Below, in pieces: positions 27,402 to 36,929 of a DNA stretch of 64,000 bases; the stretch's first letter is position 1; the number at the start of each line of letters is the position of its first letter. Position numbers and translations under genes: made by a program. This DNA is from Candidatus Saccharimonadota bacterium (lineage in GTDB: Bacteria; Patescibacteriota; Saccharimonadia; Saccharimonadales; VXPC01). A model generated the notes under the pieces. It searched no databases, was not told where the DNA came from, and was given only the letters and a program-made list of their open reading frames with translations. The stretch is taken from assembly GCA_026707815.1 (NCBI GenBank), contig JAPOWB010000006.1, forward strand, positions 3,830 through 67,829, written 5' to 3'.

Positions 27402-29261
27402 TCAAGATTTTTGCGAGGATTGTTGAGGGGATTTTTGTTCTTGTAAAGCTAAAAGTTCATCAGGGGAAGTGGTGATTAAGTCTTGTTCCGATGGTGAAGC
27501 TAAAACCTGCATCTCGACATGTCTGCGTCCGGCAAAAAACAATCCTTGACCAACGGGGAATTGATTAAGAAGCTTCTTTTCATTTTGAGTTAATTTAAAA
27601 ACCTCGCTCAGCAGATCAATAGCTGTTGAAGATTGCTTTAAAAGTAATTGCATGCTGGAATTAGCGATGATTGACCGACCCAATCTAGAAGATGTGAAAT
27701 CTTCTACATCTTGAGTAATATTTGTAATCCCTAAATTATATTTTCTAGCCCTCTTAGTTAAGCCGAACATAAAATTTGCTGAATCCTCATATTTCATAAT
27801 TTGCCAAGCTTCGTCAACAATTAAAATACGTTTTCGCTTATCACTTCGAGTTTTGTTCCAGATATAATTTAAAACCATGTACATTCCGATAGGTCTAATT
27901 TCATCCTCTAAATCTCGAATATTAAAAACCACCAATTGATTATCTATTTTGACATTACTTTGCTGACTAAATAGTCCAGCAAAAGTGCCAGACATATATT
28001 TACGCAACCTTTGAGCCAGTTTTGGTCCACTACCGCCCATATGAGACAAAGTGTCATGGAGATCTGCCAATATTGGTGGCGGACTGCTATGAGTTAAGGG
28101 ATCTCTGGTAATACCAGCTTTGGCATAGGTGTCAATCAGAGCAACATCTAAATCAGCTTCTTCTGTTGGATTTAAAATAACCTGTATGCCAGCTGAGGTC
28201 TGCATACCTCCAAGCATTAGCCTCAACAAGCCATGCAGATCAATCAAATTATTCCTTAAAACATCTTCATCATCGTCATCATGCTCGACTTTTGGCAAAT
28301 CAAAAGGATTAATCCGACTTGGACTGGATAAACTGAGATTAATATATGTCCCGCCGACAGCCTCAGCCATTCTCTGGTATTCGTTTTCTGGATCAATAAT
28401 AATAACCTCAACCCCCAGCATCATTAATCTCAAAGCCTCCAGTTTGACAGCAAAACTTTTACCAGCTCCAGACTCGGATAGAACCACAGAATTACTATTT
28501 TCTAGACTAAATCTGTCAAAAATAACTAAACCTGAATTATGCAAATTAATGCCATATAAAATACCTCGATCCTGAGTTAAATTAGCGCTAGTGAAGGGAA
28601 AGGTGGTTCCTAAAGCCCCAGTATTCATATTGCGTCGAATCATTAATTGGTCTAAACCCAGAGGAGCAACAGAATTGAAAGCTTCTTCCTGTTGAGCCGA
28701 AGCCGGTTTGGAATAAATTAATTGACGATTCAGCAAGGCTTCAATTCTTTTGTGGTCTATTTCTAAGCCCTCCAAATCCTGAGCGTAGACTGTGTAGTAA
28801 AAACCAAATCTAAAGAATCTCTCTTCCCCCATTTGGAGTCGATCCCTCATATCTTCAGTGTCTAAAAGTTGAGCTTCTTTACCTGGGTCTCGGACTCGAC
28901 CCTTTTCTCTATCTAGGGTGATACTAGCTTCAAGCTGAGTAGTTTTACGCCTTAAATTTTTTAAAATTGTGGCTGTCTGAACTGGGTAAATATGCAGAGT
29001 AATATCCATAATTTGAGGCAGTGAAATCACCTGTCCCAACCAACCGCTATAAACCTCCCGGGGATAGCCGAAAACATAGGCGCTTCTAACATAACTAACC
29101 CCCATTCTGAAATAGGTGCTAAAAAATTCTAAACTTGGCGGGGCAATAAAATCCAGTAAACTAGTTATTCCCTGTTGATAAGCGGCTTGGACAGCCTGTT
29201 GTTCTTGAAGTCGCTTTTCTTCTATTAAGGCTTGGGGATCTTTAGGCTTAGATTTAAACAT
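27402..29261 (-). CDS. virB4: VirB4/TrbE/CagE-type T4SS ATPase (C-terminal two-thirds of a canonical VirB4)
   Basis: Walker A SESGAGKSF and Walker B RILIVDEAW. The upstream VirB4-typical region reads YVRSAYVFGYPREVYSGWLGQVISL...LHIYPV, and a TQDVEDF-like motif lies downstream. Confidence 0.85.
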   Translation of the reverse strand: MFKSKPKDPQALIEEKRLQEQQAVQAAYQQGITSLLDFIAPPSLEFFSTYFRMGVSYVRSAYVFGYPREVYSGWLGQVISLPQIMDITLHIYPVQTATILKNLRRKTTQLEASITLDREKGRVRDPGKEAQLLDTEDMRDRLQMGEERFFRFGFYYTVYAQDLEGLEIDHKRIEALLNRQLIYSKPASAQQEEAFNSVAPLGLDQLMIRRNMNTGALGTTFPFTSANLTQDRGILYGINLHNSGLVIFDRFSLENSNSVVLSESGAGKSFAVKLEALRLMMLGVEVIIIDPENEYQRMAEAVGGTYINLSLSSPSRINPFDLPKVEHDDDDEDVLRNNLIDLHGLLRLMLGGMQTSAGIQVILNPTEEADLDVALIDTYAKAGITRDPLTHSSPPPILADLHDTLSHMGGSGPKLAQRLRKYMSGTFAGLFSQQSNVKIDNQLVVFNIRDLEDEIRPIGMYMVLNYIWNKTRSDKRKRILIVDEAWQIMKYEDSANFMFGLTKRARKYNLGITNITQDVEDFTSSRLGRSIIANSSMQLLLKQSSTAIDLLSEVFKLTQNEKKLLNQFPVGQGLFFAGRRHVEMQVLASPSEQDLITTSPDELLALQEQKSPQQSSQKS

Positions 29262-30159
29262 TATTAGGCTCTTTTTGACTTTGACTTAAATCTTCAGAAG
29301 ATTGAGTAACTTTAGCTAAATCTTCAGCCTGATTCCAGGTTTTTTGGAAGTCAGTTATATTTGCTGGAGCAGCTTTTTGAGTCTGTTGTTGAACAACAGG
29401 TTCTAACATATCTTCAACTTCAGGCAGGGGTTCAACTAGGTTTTGTAAGGGGTTATAAAAATCATGGTACAAAACAATTAACTCTTTAGTTTTAAGGGGT
29501 CGATTTCGAATTCCACACAAACCTAAACCACTGCTAATAGAGTTAATCCGGTAATTCAACTCAGTCTTAGCTTTTTTTAAATTTCGTTCATCGACGATTA
29601 GGGGGGCTGATTTATTGCTGAATATGGCAGTGAATTTATTGAGAAAGTTTTTGCCAGTTGTAGTGAAAGTTTCAGGACTAAATTCAGAATTGAAAAATGG
29701 TAAAACTATGTAGAATTTTTTCTCCATTACATGAGTGTTATCGACCAAATTAGCAATGAAATCCAAATAATCCGAAGTTATAACTTGAAGCAACATATTA
29801 TTTTGTTTTTGCAGAGAATTCTCCAAAGTTTTAATGTAATTTTCAACATCAACTGGTCTTGATTGAATATTTATTTGAATTGGAAAGGATAAAGAATTTA
29901 AGAAGTTCTGATAGGCATATTCAACAGATTCTTGTTCTGATTGACTCATCAAATCGAAGTTAATAGCCTCAGCCTCAATCACTGCTCGGAAAGAACCATC
30001 TTTTAAAATGACAATTCCGTCTTTAATCTCGGCAATCTGCAGGGTATTTTGAGTTGAATGAGAGCTAATTTTAGCTTTTTGTTCTAAAATCTTTTTATCT
30101 TGAGGATTTTGAACAATTGCCTGAGATACTTGTGGTTGTTGATTAGATTGTGAATCCAC
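29254..30159 (-). CDS. Protein resembling the N-terminal (non-ATPase) domain of Gram-positive-type VirB4; possibly a split VirB4 subunit
   Basis: IAEIKDGIVILKDGSFRAVIEAEAINFDLMSQSEQESVEYAYQNFLNSLSFPIQINIQSRPVDVENYIKTLE resembles, from memory, the start of PrgJ/TrsE-like VirB4 proteins. Its stop overlaps the VirB4 start by 8 nt (AATAATGTTTAA). Confidence 0.45.
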   Translation of the reverse strand: MDSQSNQQPQVSQAIVQNPQDKKILEQKAKISSHSTQNTLQIAEIKDGIVILKDGSFRAVIEAEAINFDLMSQSEQESVEYAYQNFLNSLSFPIQINIQSRPVDVENYIKTLENSLQKQNNMLLQVITSDYLDFIANLVDNTHVMEKKFYIVLPFFNSEFSPETFTTTGKNFLNKFTAIFSNKSAPLIVDERNLKKAKTELNYRINSISSGLGLCGIRNRPLKTKELIVLYHDFYNPLQNLVEPLPEVEDMLEPVVQQQTQKAAPANITDFQKTWNQAEDLAKVTQSSEDLSQSQKEPNNV

Positions 30160-30173
30160 CCCTCTGAAGTCCT

Positions 30174-30911
30174 TTATTTCTGTATTTTATTAATGATACT
30201 TTCTAAAACAGCGATTTTCAAATCTTTGGCTTCAGCTAATTTGGGAATCATGCCAAAAACTGGAGATGATTTTTGGCTGCTTTGGGCTTGTGGATCAAGG
30301 GTTGGTTGATCTGTCTGACTCAACTGTTGCTGTTTGACATTTGTCTTAATGCGAGATTTGTGGTTTTGATGATGATGATTTAAGAGACTATAAAAATGTT
30401 GATTAAGAGATAACTGTTGACGTTCATGTTCTTGGTCTACTGTGATGGTTTCAGAAGTTGCTAGGTTGCTTTGATGATTTAAAATGGATTGACCTCGACT
30501 ATCTAAAACTTCCGTAATATTCTGAATTTCTTGATTAGCTTGTTGAGCATCCAATTCTTTGCGGGGATCAGTAACAATCTTTTCAGAAGGGGTCTTTTTT
30601 TGAATGATAATTTCAGGCTGTCCCCCCTGAATCCACAGCCGAGTTTTAGATTTGAATAAGAAATTTAATTTAGCCAATAACCAAACTTCATTTGGTTGAT
30701 CTTGCCCCAAGGGTAAAGCCAGAAAAATAAGAGGTGCAGCAAATAAACTGAATAAGAACAAAAAGAAAAGATGCCCAAAGGTTGAGACTGATAAATAACC
30801 AACGAAGAGCAACCCACAGCCAATAAAGGCAAAGATAAATTGTTTCAGGCTTAACCGCCAAATTATCTTGTCTTCAGCTTCAATGTCTTGGAGGATTTTA
30901 TATGAGGCCAT
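30174..30911 (-). CDS. PrgI-family / VirB3-like small membrane protein
   Basis: The N-terminus YKILQDIEAEDKIIWRLSLKQFIFAFIGCGLLFVGYL is followed by a second TM segment. This matches the PrgI-family pattern (xIPxxIxxEDKIxxxLTxRQ + 2 TM). It sits upstream of VirB4, as VirB3 usually does. Confidence 0.55.
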   Translation of the reverse strand: MASYKILQDIEAEDKIIWRLSLKQFIFAFIGCGLLFVGYLSVSTFGHLFFLFLFSLFAAPLIFLALPLGQDQPNEVWLLAKLNFLFKSKTRLWIQGGQPEIIIQKKTPSEKIVTDPRKELDAQQANQEIQNITEVLDSRGQSILNHQSNLATSETITVDQEHERQQLSLNQHFYSLLNHHHQNHKSRIKTNVKQQQLSQTDQPTLDPQAQSSQKSSPVFGMIPKLAEAKDLKIAVLESIINKIQK

Positions 30912-30922
30912 GTATCAAGCTG

Positions 30923-31906
30923 TTATTGATTAGATTGTGGATTCTTGGAGTCAATCCCCCGACTTTCAAATAATTCCGTAACTTCTGGTTTGAGGTTGAC
31001 TCTAGCGACTGGCAAATCGACTATACTTTGGGCTCTATCTCTCATGCGGGTAGAGGGGTCATTGTCTAGGGCATTTTCCCAAGCACCTCTTGACCATTTT
31101 TGAGAATGGATTTCTGGTAACTGGAATAGAATATCAGTACCTAATCGCACTGATCCATCTTGTTGCCTGCTGGCGGTAGCTAAATCTGGGTCACTTTCAA
31201 GGAGAGATTCCCGCCATTTTTCAGAAGTCATAGCATCCGCCAATGTTTGTCTAGCAGCCGTGTTTTCGGGATGTGCAGTAGATTGAACCATGTTGCGAAT
31301 TATTGAAGTCTCTCCTCGCCTCATTAGTTCATTAACAGCCGCCAAGGATTGAGCTCTGGTTGCTTTAGTGCTGGTTGCAATATTTTCAAGCTGGCTGGCA
31401 TCCACATTGTAAGTACTTGCAGCAAGCTGTTGAGCTTCTTCTTGAAGGTGAATCTGATCGACCATATTTCTTGCTTGGGATCTTCCGTCGGCTCTATTAT
31501 GGCGCTTCTCTCTGCGACTTCCGGGAGAAGCTTCTTGTCTTCTTTGTCTTCTTCTAGTTCGCCAATCATGTATATTTTTCTGATCTCTAAATCGTCCTCC
31601 CTGCTCTAATCTTTTCAACTCCCCCCCTGCCTTATGGACGAGTTTTTGTAAAGGACCAGCTGTTCCTGCCATTAGTTGATGTTGACGCCTGATTCCACGA
31701 GCTATACCTTTATTCTTCATCCGATTTTTGCCAAATTCTCTCAACCTATTTCTTGGTCTATCTATTAAGCCCTTACTTCTATCATTAATAGTCCCCGTCA
31801 GTTGACCCAATAAACCACCAAATCGCTTAGCCATAAAGGGAATAGCCAAGAAAGCTCCAATATAGACAATTAAAGCCAACAATCGTTTAATGGGATCAAT
31901 TTCCAT
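30923..31906 (-). CDS. Single-TM, highly basic (Arg-rich) protein of unknown function, T4SS-like operon
   Basis: N-terminal TM (LLALIVYIGAFLAIPFMA), then R/K/Q-rich stretches (RTRRRQRRQEASPGSRREKRHNR). No family recognised. Confidence 0.4.
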   Translation of the reverse strand: MEIDPIKRLLALIVYIGAFLAIPFMAKRFGGLLGQLTGTINDRSKGLIDRPRNRLREFGKNRMKNKGIARGIRRQHQLMAGTAGPLQKLVHKAGGELKRLEQGGRFRDQKNIHDWRTRRRQRRQEASPGSRREKRHNRADGRSQARNMVDQIHLQEEAQQLAASTYNVDASQLENIATSTKATRAQSLAAVNELMRRGETSIIRNMVQSTAHPENTAARQTLADAMTSEKWRESLLESDPDLATASRQQDGSVRLGTDILFQLPEIHSQKWSRGAWENALDNDPSTRMRDRAQSIVDLPVARVNLKPEVTELFESRGIDSKNPQSNQ

Positions 31907-31946
31907 AATCTGTAACCTATTATATCATTGACATAAATTCCACCAC

Positions 31947-34328
31947 CTACCAATCAGTCTGAATAATTAACCAAGAAAAGAATTTACCAAAGGCAATAAT
32001 AGTGACAATTACTGGATATAAAAGTAATAAGTAGAAGAAGGTTTTAAAATAAAACCGCCAAGCCCGGTCATTGCCTGGCAAAATCCAAAGAGCTAAACCA
32101 ATAGGCCCAAAAACTAAAAGAGCAATTATAAGAATTTTTCTAAAGACCAAAAATAAATAAGCAATAAATAAGCCAATAGCCAAAGTAAACATCACGGGCA
32201 ACAAAAGAACCCACCCCCAGACTGCTCCACCTACTGCTATGATGGATAAGCCATCAGTCTCAATTCCACCACCACCCAGTATTTTATCCAGACCCCACCC
32301 CCTTAATTCAGTTGGGGCAATACCATAGATGATGCTTGCCATCAAATCGCCTAATTGAGTAAAACCTTGAATCATTAAATCTCCTAAAATCCATGAAAAT
32401 TGGATAAAGATAGTTCCAGCCACTAATTTTGGCAGATATTTTTTAACGGTATAATTTTTAAAAACACCAATATCAAAGGCAGTTGAAATAATCATAAACA
32501 GAGCCGTGCCAATAATGGCATAGGTGACAAAATCTCGCATAGTTGACCACAGCTCGTACAGATAATGTGGATCGTTGTCACCAGCTAGTTGATTATGATC
32601 GTCGTCAACAGCTGGTTGATTATATTTGCTGCTATCAATTCTTAAACTGTCTGTAGCCTGAGTTTCAGCCCAGTTTAAAATCCCAGTTGCCGCTTCCAGT
32701 AATGGACATATCACCCAGCTCAACCATCCAGCCAAAACTTCGCAATTTTGGGGGGCTGGATTTGAAGATGAAGAATTGCCTTGGACTACATTCTGACCAG
32801 AAACAGCAGTATCCCCTGTTGGGGATTCCAATACTATTACCACTAAAGTGCTTTTCTTGTTACCATTAGCTGGACCCTCGTCACACTTATCTTTCCAGTC
32901 TTGCCATATACCAAAACCAAAACCTTTATCAACAGCACTGCTGAAGGAGTTTTTTTCAATGAGAATACGACTGCCACATTTACGAACATTTTCCTCTGTA
33001 AGTTCTGTTAGATATTCCGTAAAAACATAAAAATCATCTGTGTCCATCTCACTATGCCTGTGATTGTGATTGGGGGATTTATAGGATTCTGTTTTCCTGC
33101 GATCCGACTCTGCATTGCATTCCCATTTATTTTCTGTACCATCTCTTCGCTCTAAATTATCGCCCCAAATCCCAGACATCGCCGTACCATCACATTTCCC
33201 CTCATCTTTAATTTGTTCTATAACGTCAGATTCCATGACATAATCCACTCTATCCAATCCTTGCTCGATGGGATCTATATCAATAATCGCTAAGCCATCG
33301 TTTTTATACGAGTACCTCTTGCAGGGGTCAGTATTGTGCGCATCATTATCTTGAACTATTCCACGTATTGGGTAAGTGGAATCATTTTCAAAATTTGTAA
33401 ACTCATCCTTATGAATAAGGATGCGATTACCACATTTATTAGTTCTCTGCTCTATGAAGACATAATAATTGTTGCTAGCGTCTTGTAGCTCATCAGATTT
33501 CGATGAATCATAGCCTTCAAAATGATCATACTCATCTGATATTCCCGGTAAGTATAATGCTTGATTGGCTTTGAAAAAATCATCATAACAAAACCATTGT
33601 CTGCTACCTGATTTCAACTCATCTCCGCCCTTACCCCATAAGATGACATTTCTGCAACTATTGCCCTCGGGTAGTTCATTCAAAGAATATTTATTCAATA
33701 AATGACTTGGCGGAGGCTGATTACCTTCTTCTGCGCCTATCCTGATAGTCTTTACTCGCAGTCCAATCTCGTTCTGTGTCACCACCCATTGGTATTCAGA
33801 GGGTGGATCAGTCCCACCATCACTAGTCTGAGTGTGGTTAGGTCCATCTTTGCAACTTGCTGACCAGTATATTAACTCTGCTTCGCGAGCGGAATTATTA
33901 TTGTTGTTAAAGACGTCTTGATTAACAGCTATGACATGCCCACAACCAAACTCGCCAAAAGCGTGAAAACCCAATTTGCCGGGAGTTCTTTCCAAAAAGA
34001 TATAGCTTTCTTGGGCAATGGCTTGAAAATCCCCATCTTCGTCATCTAAGGATATATATTTTTTAATATCATCATAGCAATCCCAGAGAGTATCGCCCTC
34101 AGTATTCGCAGTTGAAGATGTTGTTGAAGTCGGTGCTGAAGGCGGTCCAAAAAGCACAACTCCCATACATGAATCCCCATCGGGCGCTCTATTAAACCCA
34201 TATACTGGTATATCGTAAGCTGATACTGGGGTCGAGAAACAAAGACAGACTAAAATAAATATTAGAAGCCAACTTCCTAAAATTAACTGATTATTGACCC
34301 CCTGAATGCTTTTCAGAATATGATGCAT
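31947..34328 (-). CDS. VirB6/TrbL-like polytopic membrane protein with a large triplicated Cys-rich N-terminal ectodomain
   Basis: Signal or TM start, about 520 aa of extracytoplasmic sequence with three related modules, then about 6 TM helices in the last roughly 260 aa, as in VirB6/TrbL-type channel subunits. Confidence 0.6.
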   Translation of the reverse strand: MHHILKSIQGVNNQLILGSWLLIFILVCLCFSTPVSAYDIPVYGFNRAPDGDSCMGVVLFGPPSAPTSTTSSTANTEGDTLWDCYDDIKKYISLDDEDGDFQAIAQESYIFLERTPGKLGFHAFGEFGCGHVIAVNQDVFNNNNNSAREAELIYWSASCKDGPNHTQTSDGGTDPPSEYQWVVTQNEIGLRVKTIRIGAEEGNQPPPSHLLNKYSLNELPEGNSCRNVILWGKGGDELKSGSRQWFCYDDFFKANQALYLPGISDEYDHFEGYDSSKSDELQDASNNYYVFIEQRTNKCGNRILIHKDEFTNFENDSTYPIRGIVQDNDAHNTDPCKRYSYKNDGLAIIDIDPIEQGLDRVDYVMESDVIEQIKDEGKCDGTAMSGIWGDNLERRDGTENKWECNAESDRRKTESYKSPNHNHRHSEMDTDDFYVFTEYLTELTEENVRKCGSRILIEKNSFSSAVDKGFGFGIWQDWKDKCDEGPANGNKKSTLVVIVLESPTGDTAVSGQNVVQGNSSSSNPAPQNCEVLAGWLSWVICPLLEAATGILNWAETQATDSLRIDSSKYNQPAVDDDHNQLAGDNDPHYLYELWSTMRDFVTYAIIGTALFMIISTAFDIGVFKNYTVKKYLPKLVAGTIFIQFSWILGDLMIQGFTQLGDLMASIIYGIAPTELRGWGLDKILGGGGIETDGLSIIAVGGAVWGWVLLLPVMFTLAIGLFIAYLFLVFRKILIIALLVFGPIGLALWILPGNDRAWRFYFKTFFYLLLLYPVIVTIIAFGKFFSWLIIQTDW

Positions 34329-34411
34329 CGTCTGTTTTCTATTTTTTATTTAACATAAACTGCTAAGTTTATTATAACTACTTTAAGATATTTAATAAAT
34401 TAGATTCTTAA

Positions 34412-34440
34412 TTGATAAATAGAGTCTTGAGTATTATAAT
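34412..34440 (+). promoter_or_regulatory. Candidate sigma-70-type promoter for the pilin-like operon
   Basis: TTGATA (34412-34417), a 17-nt spacer, then TATAAT (34435-34440), about 125 nt upstream of the ATG at 34567 in the divergent intergenic region. Confidence 0.4.
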
Positions 34441-34566
34441 TTGACTTAAATAGCAAGATATTGTCTTATCATAAAATAAATAGCTATGTTGCAAGTTTTC
34501 AAAAAGGTTATTTCTTTAATTTACCCAGAGTACCATGCTAAAGGGGAGATTTACATAGGCAAGTAG

Positions 34567-35754
34567 ATGATTACGAAATTAAGTTTTCATTCTCGGATTG
34601 TATTTTGGGGATCGCTAATCATCCTTGTAATTATTAGTCAGCTATCTTTTGGTATAGTCATGGCTGATTCTTTCAATTCTTTAATTTCAGGCACAGAAGA
34701 TGATTCCCCAACAATTACTATAACCAGTGCATCTACTGGGTTGGTAGACACGATAAAAAAGTGGGAATATAAAGTTCTACATGGCAATCAACCACGAGCA
34801 GTTTGTAAAGAACCCGAAACAAGGCATGTTATCGGTGGAGGCCGCATCGCAACTCTTTGGCAACTCGGCTGGCGAGAGGGTAGACAATACGCAAAGACTT
34901 TAGGGGATGCTGGAAAAGTACTTTGTTTTAGGGGCGAATTTTCTGACAGTCGACTTGGCAGACGAAGCTATCATTATAAAGGAGTGTATCTCGATCCTCT
35001 AAAAACTAGTGAATTAAGTTCTGAGTCTCAAGAAGGGGATTCTGCGATTTCGGTAGACCAAGATACGATCACAATCGAAACCAAATTTCAAGGGGGAGGG
35101 CTTGGTAGGTCTCCGACTCCAATTATCAATTCTGATACTTGGGTGCGACGGATAATCCCCCGAACCACCACTTGTGATGGCTTTGTTTTTTTAAAATACA
35201 CGCGACCAAGCCCCCTTCATCCCATCCCAGCTACTTGGCGACATGCCTGGACTGATTACTCCGGTTCAAGCTATACAATTCCCAAATCGGAATATAATAA
35301 AAACATCAGAATATGTTTTGCTGGTCAATATCTTAATAAAGAGGACAAATGGCATTTTAAACATCACGATGAATTTTATCGTGATCCTGCTTCGAATTTC
35401 CGGTCTTATGAATTTGATCGTGCTAATTCGAATTCCCAGCCTTCTAGTAGTGGGGGTTCCAGCAATCGCAATGTTGATCCGACAGTTGATAGCACTTGCG
35501 AAGACATTAATAATAATTGCCAAGCCTTAGAAACGCTAAATAGTATTCTTAACTATATGGCTATCATTATTTTTCCGATTACCATCATCATGATTATTGT
35601 TGGAGGTATCCAATATTCAATTGCTCGGGATAATCCCGAGGCTGTGGCTTCAGCTAGATCTCGAATTTACAAGGCAGTTTTAGCTTTAATTCTTCTAATT
35701 AGTTTGTGGACATTTTTGCAGTGGTTAATTCCGGGTGGAATTTTGGGAGGTTAA
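34567..35754 (+). CDS. T4SS pilin-like protein with a roughly 330-aa N-terminal ectodomain (internal 2x Cys-containing repeat)
   Basis: N-terminal TM or signal segment. The C-terminal module IIFPITIIMIIVGGIQYSIARDNPEAVASARSRIYKAVLALILLISLWTFLQWL is homologous to the module in the four downstream genes. Confidence 0.55.
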   Translation: MITKLSFHSRIVFWGSLIILVIISQLSFGIVMADSFNSLISGTEDDSPTITITSASTGLVDTIKKWEYKVLHGNQPRAVCKEPETRHVIGGGRIATLWQLGWREGRQYAKTLGDAGKVLCFRGEFSDSRLGRRSYHYKGVYLDPLKTSELSSESQEGDSAISVDQDTITIETKFQGGGLGRSPTPIINSDTWVRRIIPRTTTCDGFVFLKYTRPSPLHPIPATWRHAWTDYSGSSYTIPKSEYNKNIRICFAGQYLNKEDKWHFKHHDEFYRDPASNFRSYEFDRANSNSQPSSSGGSSNRNVDPTVDSTCEDINNNCQALETLNSILNYMAIIIFPITIIMIIVGGIQYSIARDNPEAVASARSRIYKAVLALILLISLWTFLQWLIPGGILGG

Positions 35755-35759
35755 TAAGA

Positions 35760-36230
35760 ATGAAGCGACATTTTTTTCAAATTTTTTGCTTAATTATCAG
35801 CTTACTGAGTTTGTCAGCAGTTTTTAGTCCCTCCGTCGAAGCTAATAGGCACATACCCGATAATTGCCAAGGTCGATCGTTATTGGGTATTCCTTCATGG
35901 GATCGAGGCATATGTTTGGATGAACAGGAGGAATTGTCAGAGTTTTTAGCAGCTAATCGGACTGAAATTTTAGCCACCAATATTATAGTTATTTTAGTCT
36001 CTATCGCTGGCTTAGTGGCGGTGGCTTTTATAATAGTTGGCGGCTTTCTATATGTCTTGGCTTCAGGCAATTCTGAAAAAGCTAAAAATGCTCGGCAAAC
36101 AATCATCCATGCTTTGGTTGGTTTGGTGATTGCCATTATGGCTAGAGTGGTAGCTGAAGTTGTTTGGAGAAACTTAACTGCTGATAATCCACCCAGCCTA
36201 GAAACAGCTTATTTATTAATGAGGTTATAA
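35760..36230 (+). CDS. T4SS pilin-like protein (TrbC/VirB2-type membrane hairpin)
   Basis: I moved the start to the ATG at 35760, with GGGAGG 10 nt upstream. The signal peptide is MKRHFFQIFCLIISLLSLSAVFSPSVEA and there is a Cys pair. The module reads VAFIIVGGFLYVLASGNSEKAKNARQTIIHALVGLVIAIMA. Confidence 0.6.
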   Translation: MKRHFFQIFCLIISLLSLSAVFSPSVEANRHIPDNCQGRSLLGIPSWDRGICLDEQEELSEFLAANRTEILATNIIVILVSIAGLVAVAFIIVGGFLYVLASGNSEKAKNARQTIIHALVGLVIAIMARVVAEVVWRNLTADNPPSLETAYLLMRL

Positions 36231-36784
36231 TGTTTGCTCCATTATTTTCGGTTTTAAGGGCGAATATTGAAATTAATAATTCAGATATTCCCGCCATTCC
36301 CAAGCCTGCTGATCAAACCATTTTGGAAGGTACTCTAAATTTAGTTTTTATAGTTTTGGGAAGCATCAGTTTATTAATTCTGGTGATTCAGGGCATGAAA
36401 TATGCCCTATCTTTAGGTAACTCCGAGCAAGTCAATAGAGCCCGCAATGGCATTATCTATTCCTTGGTTGGGTTAACTGTTGCTACGACAGCTTGGTCTT
36501 TAGTGACCTTTACCTTAGACAGTGTTACTGGACCAGAGACTGTAAATGGTCAGACGTCATCAATAGTTAATTTGCTGGCTAATATTTCTGGTTATTTAAT
36601 TTTTATCACTGCCATTATTTCAATCATTGTCGTTATTATTGGCGGTTTTCAGCTGGTTTTCTCGGAAGGTAATTCCGAGCAAGCTAAAAAAGCTCGGAGT
36701 ACCATCATCTATGCTGTAATTGGTTTACTAATAGCAATCATTGCTGGACCAGTTTTAAAATTTTTCTTTGGTTTTTTTGAATAA
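36230..36784 (+). CDS. T4SS pilin-like protein with two tandem pilin modules
   Basis: Two copies are present: LILVIQGMKYALSLGNSEQVNRARNGIIYSLVGLTVATTA and VIIGGFQLVFSEGNSEQAKKARSTIIYAVIGLLIAIIA. The start overlaps the previous stop (TAATG). Confidence 0.6.
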   Translation: MFAPLFSVLRANIEINNSDIPAIPKPADQTILEGTLNLVFIVLGSISLLILVIQGMKYALSLGNSEQVNRARNGIIYSLVGLTVATTAWSLVTFTLDSVTGPETVNGQTSSIVNLLANISGYLIFITAIISIIVVIIGGFQLVFSEGNSEQAKKARSTIIYAVIGLLIAIIAGPVLKFFFGFFE

Positions 36785-36929
36785 CTTTTGATTTTTTAAC
36801 TGCTACTAGATTAATTATGAGCTACCCTTTAAAAGTCAAAGTTTTAAAATTAAATTTGAGATGGACTTGTAATTGTTAATTGCTATTTTTTATGGTAAAA
36901 TATATTTGACTAATTTAAACAAACAAAAG

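Noticed and set aside
28129-28575. 148-aa plus-strand ORF, and similar nested antisense ORFs. These are 1353-1547, 2824-3027, 3200-3424, 5993-6235, 11056-11244, 13082-13270, 22662-22874, 23731-23958, 24909-25109, 31324-31609, 32687-33030, 35243-35530, 35777-36136, 36890-37111, 44339-44527, 47517-47765, 50774-51049, 51240-51422 and 58223-58921
   Set aside because: All lie inside, and mostly antisense to, longer ORFs with clear motifs or operon context. Their products are low-complexity or Ser/Leu/Ile-rich, as expected from antisense AT-rich coding DNA.
23083-34328. Head-on orientation of the secretion operon relative to replication, as evidence of recent acquisition
   Set aside because: Many core genes to the right of oriC (valS, argS, groESL, murE) are also on the minus strand. 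Strand bias on this side is therefore weak, and orientation is not informative.
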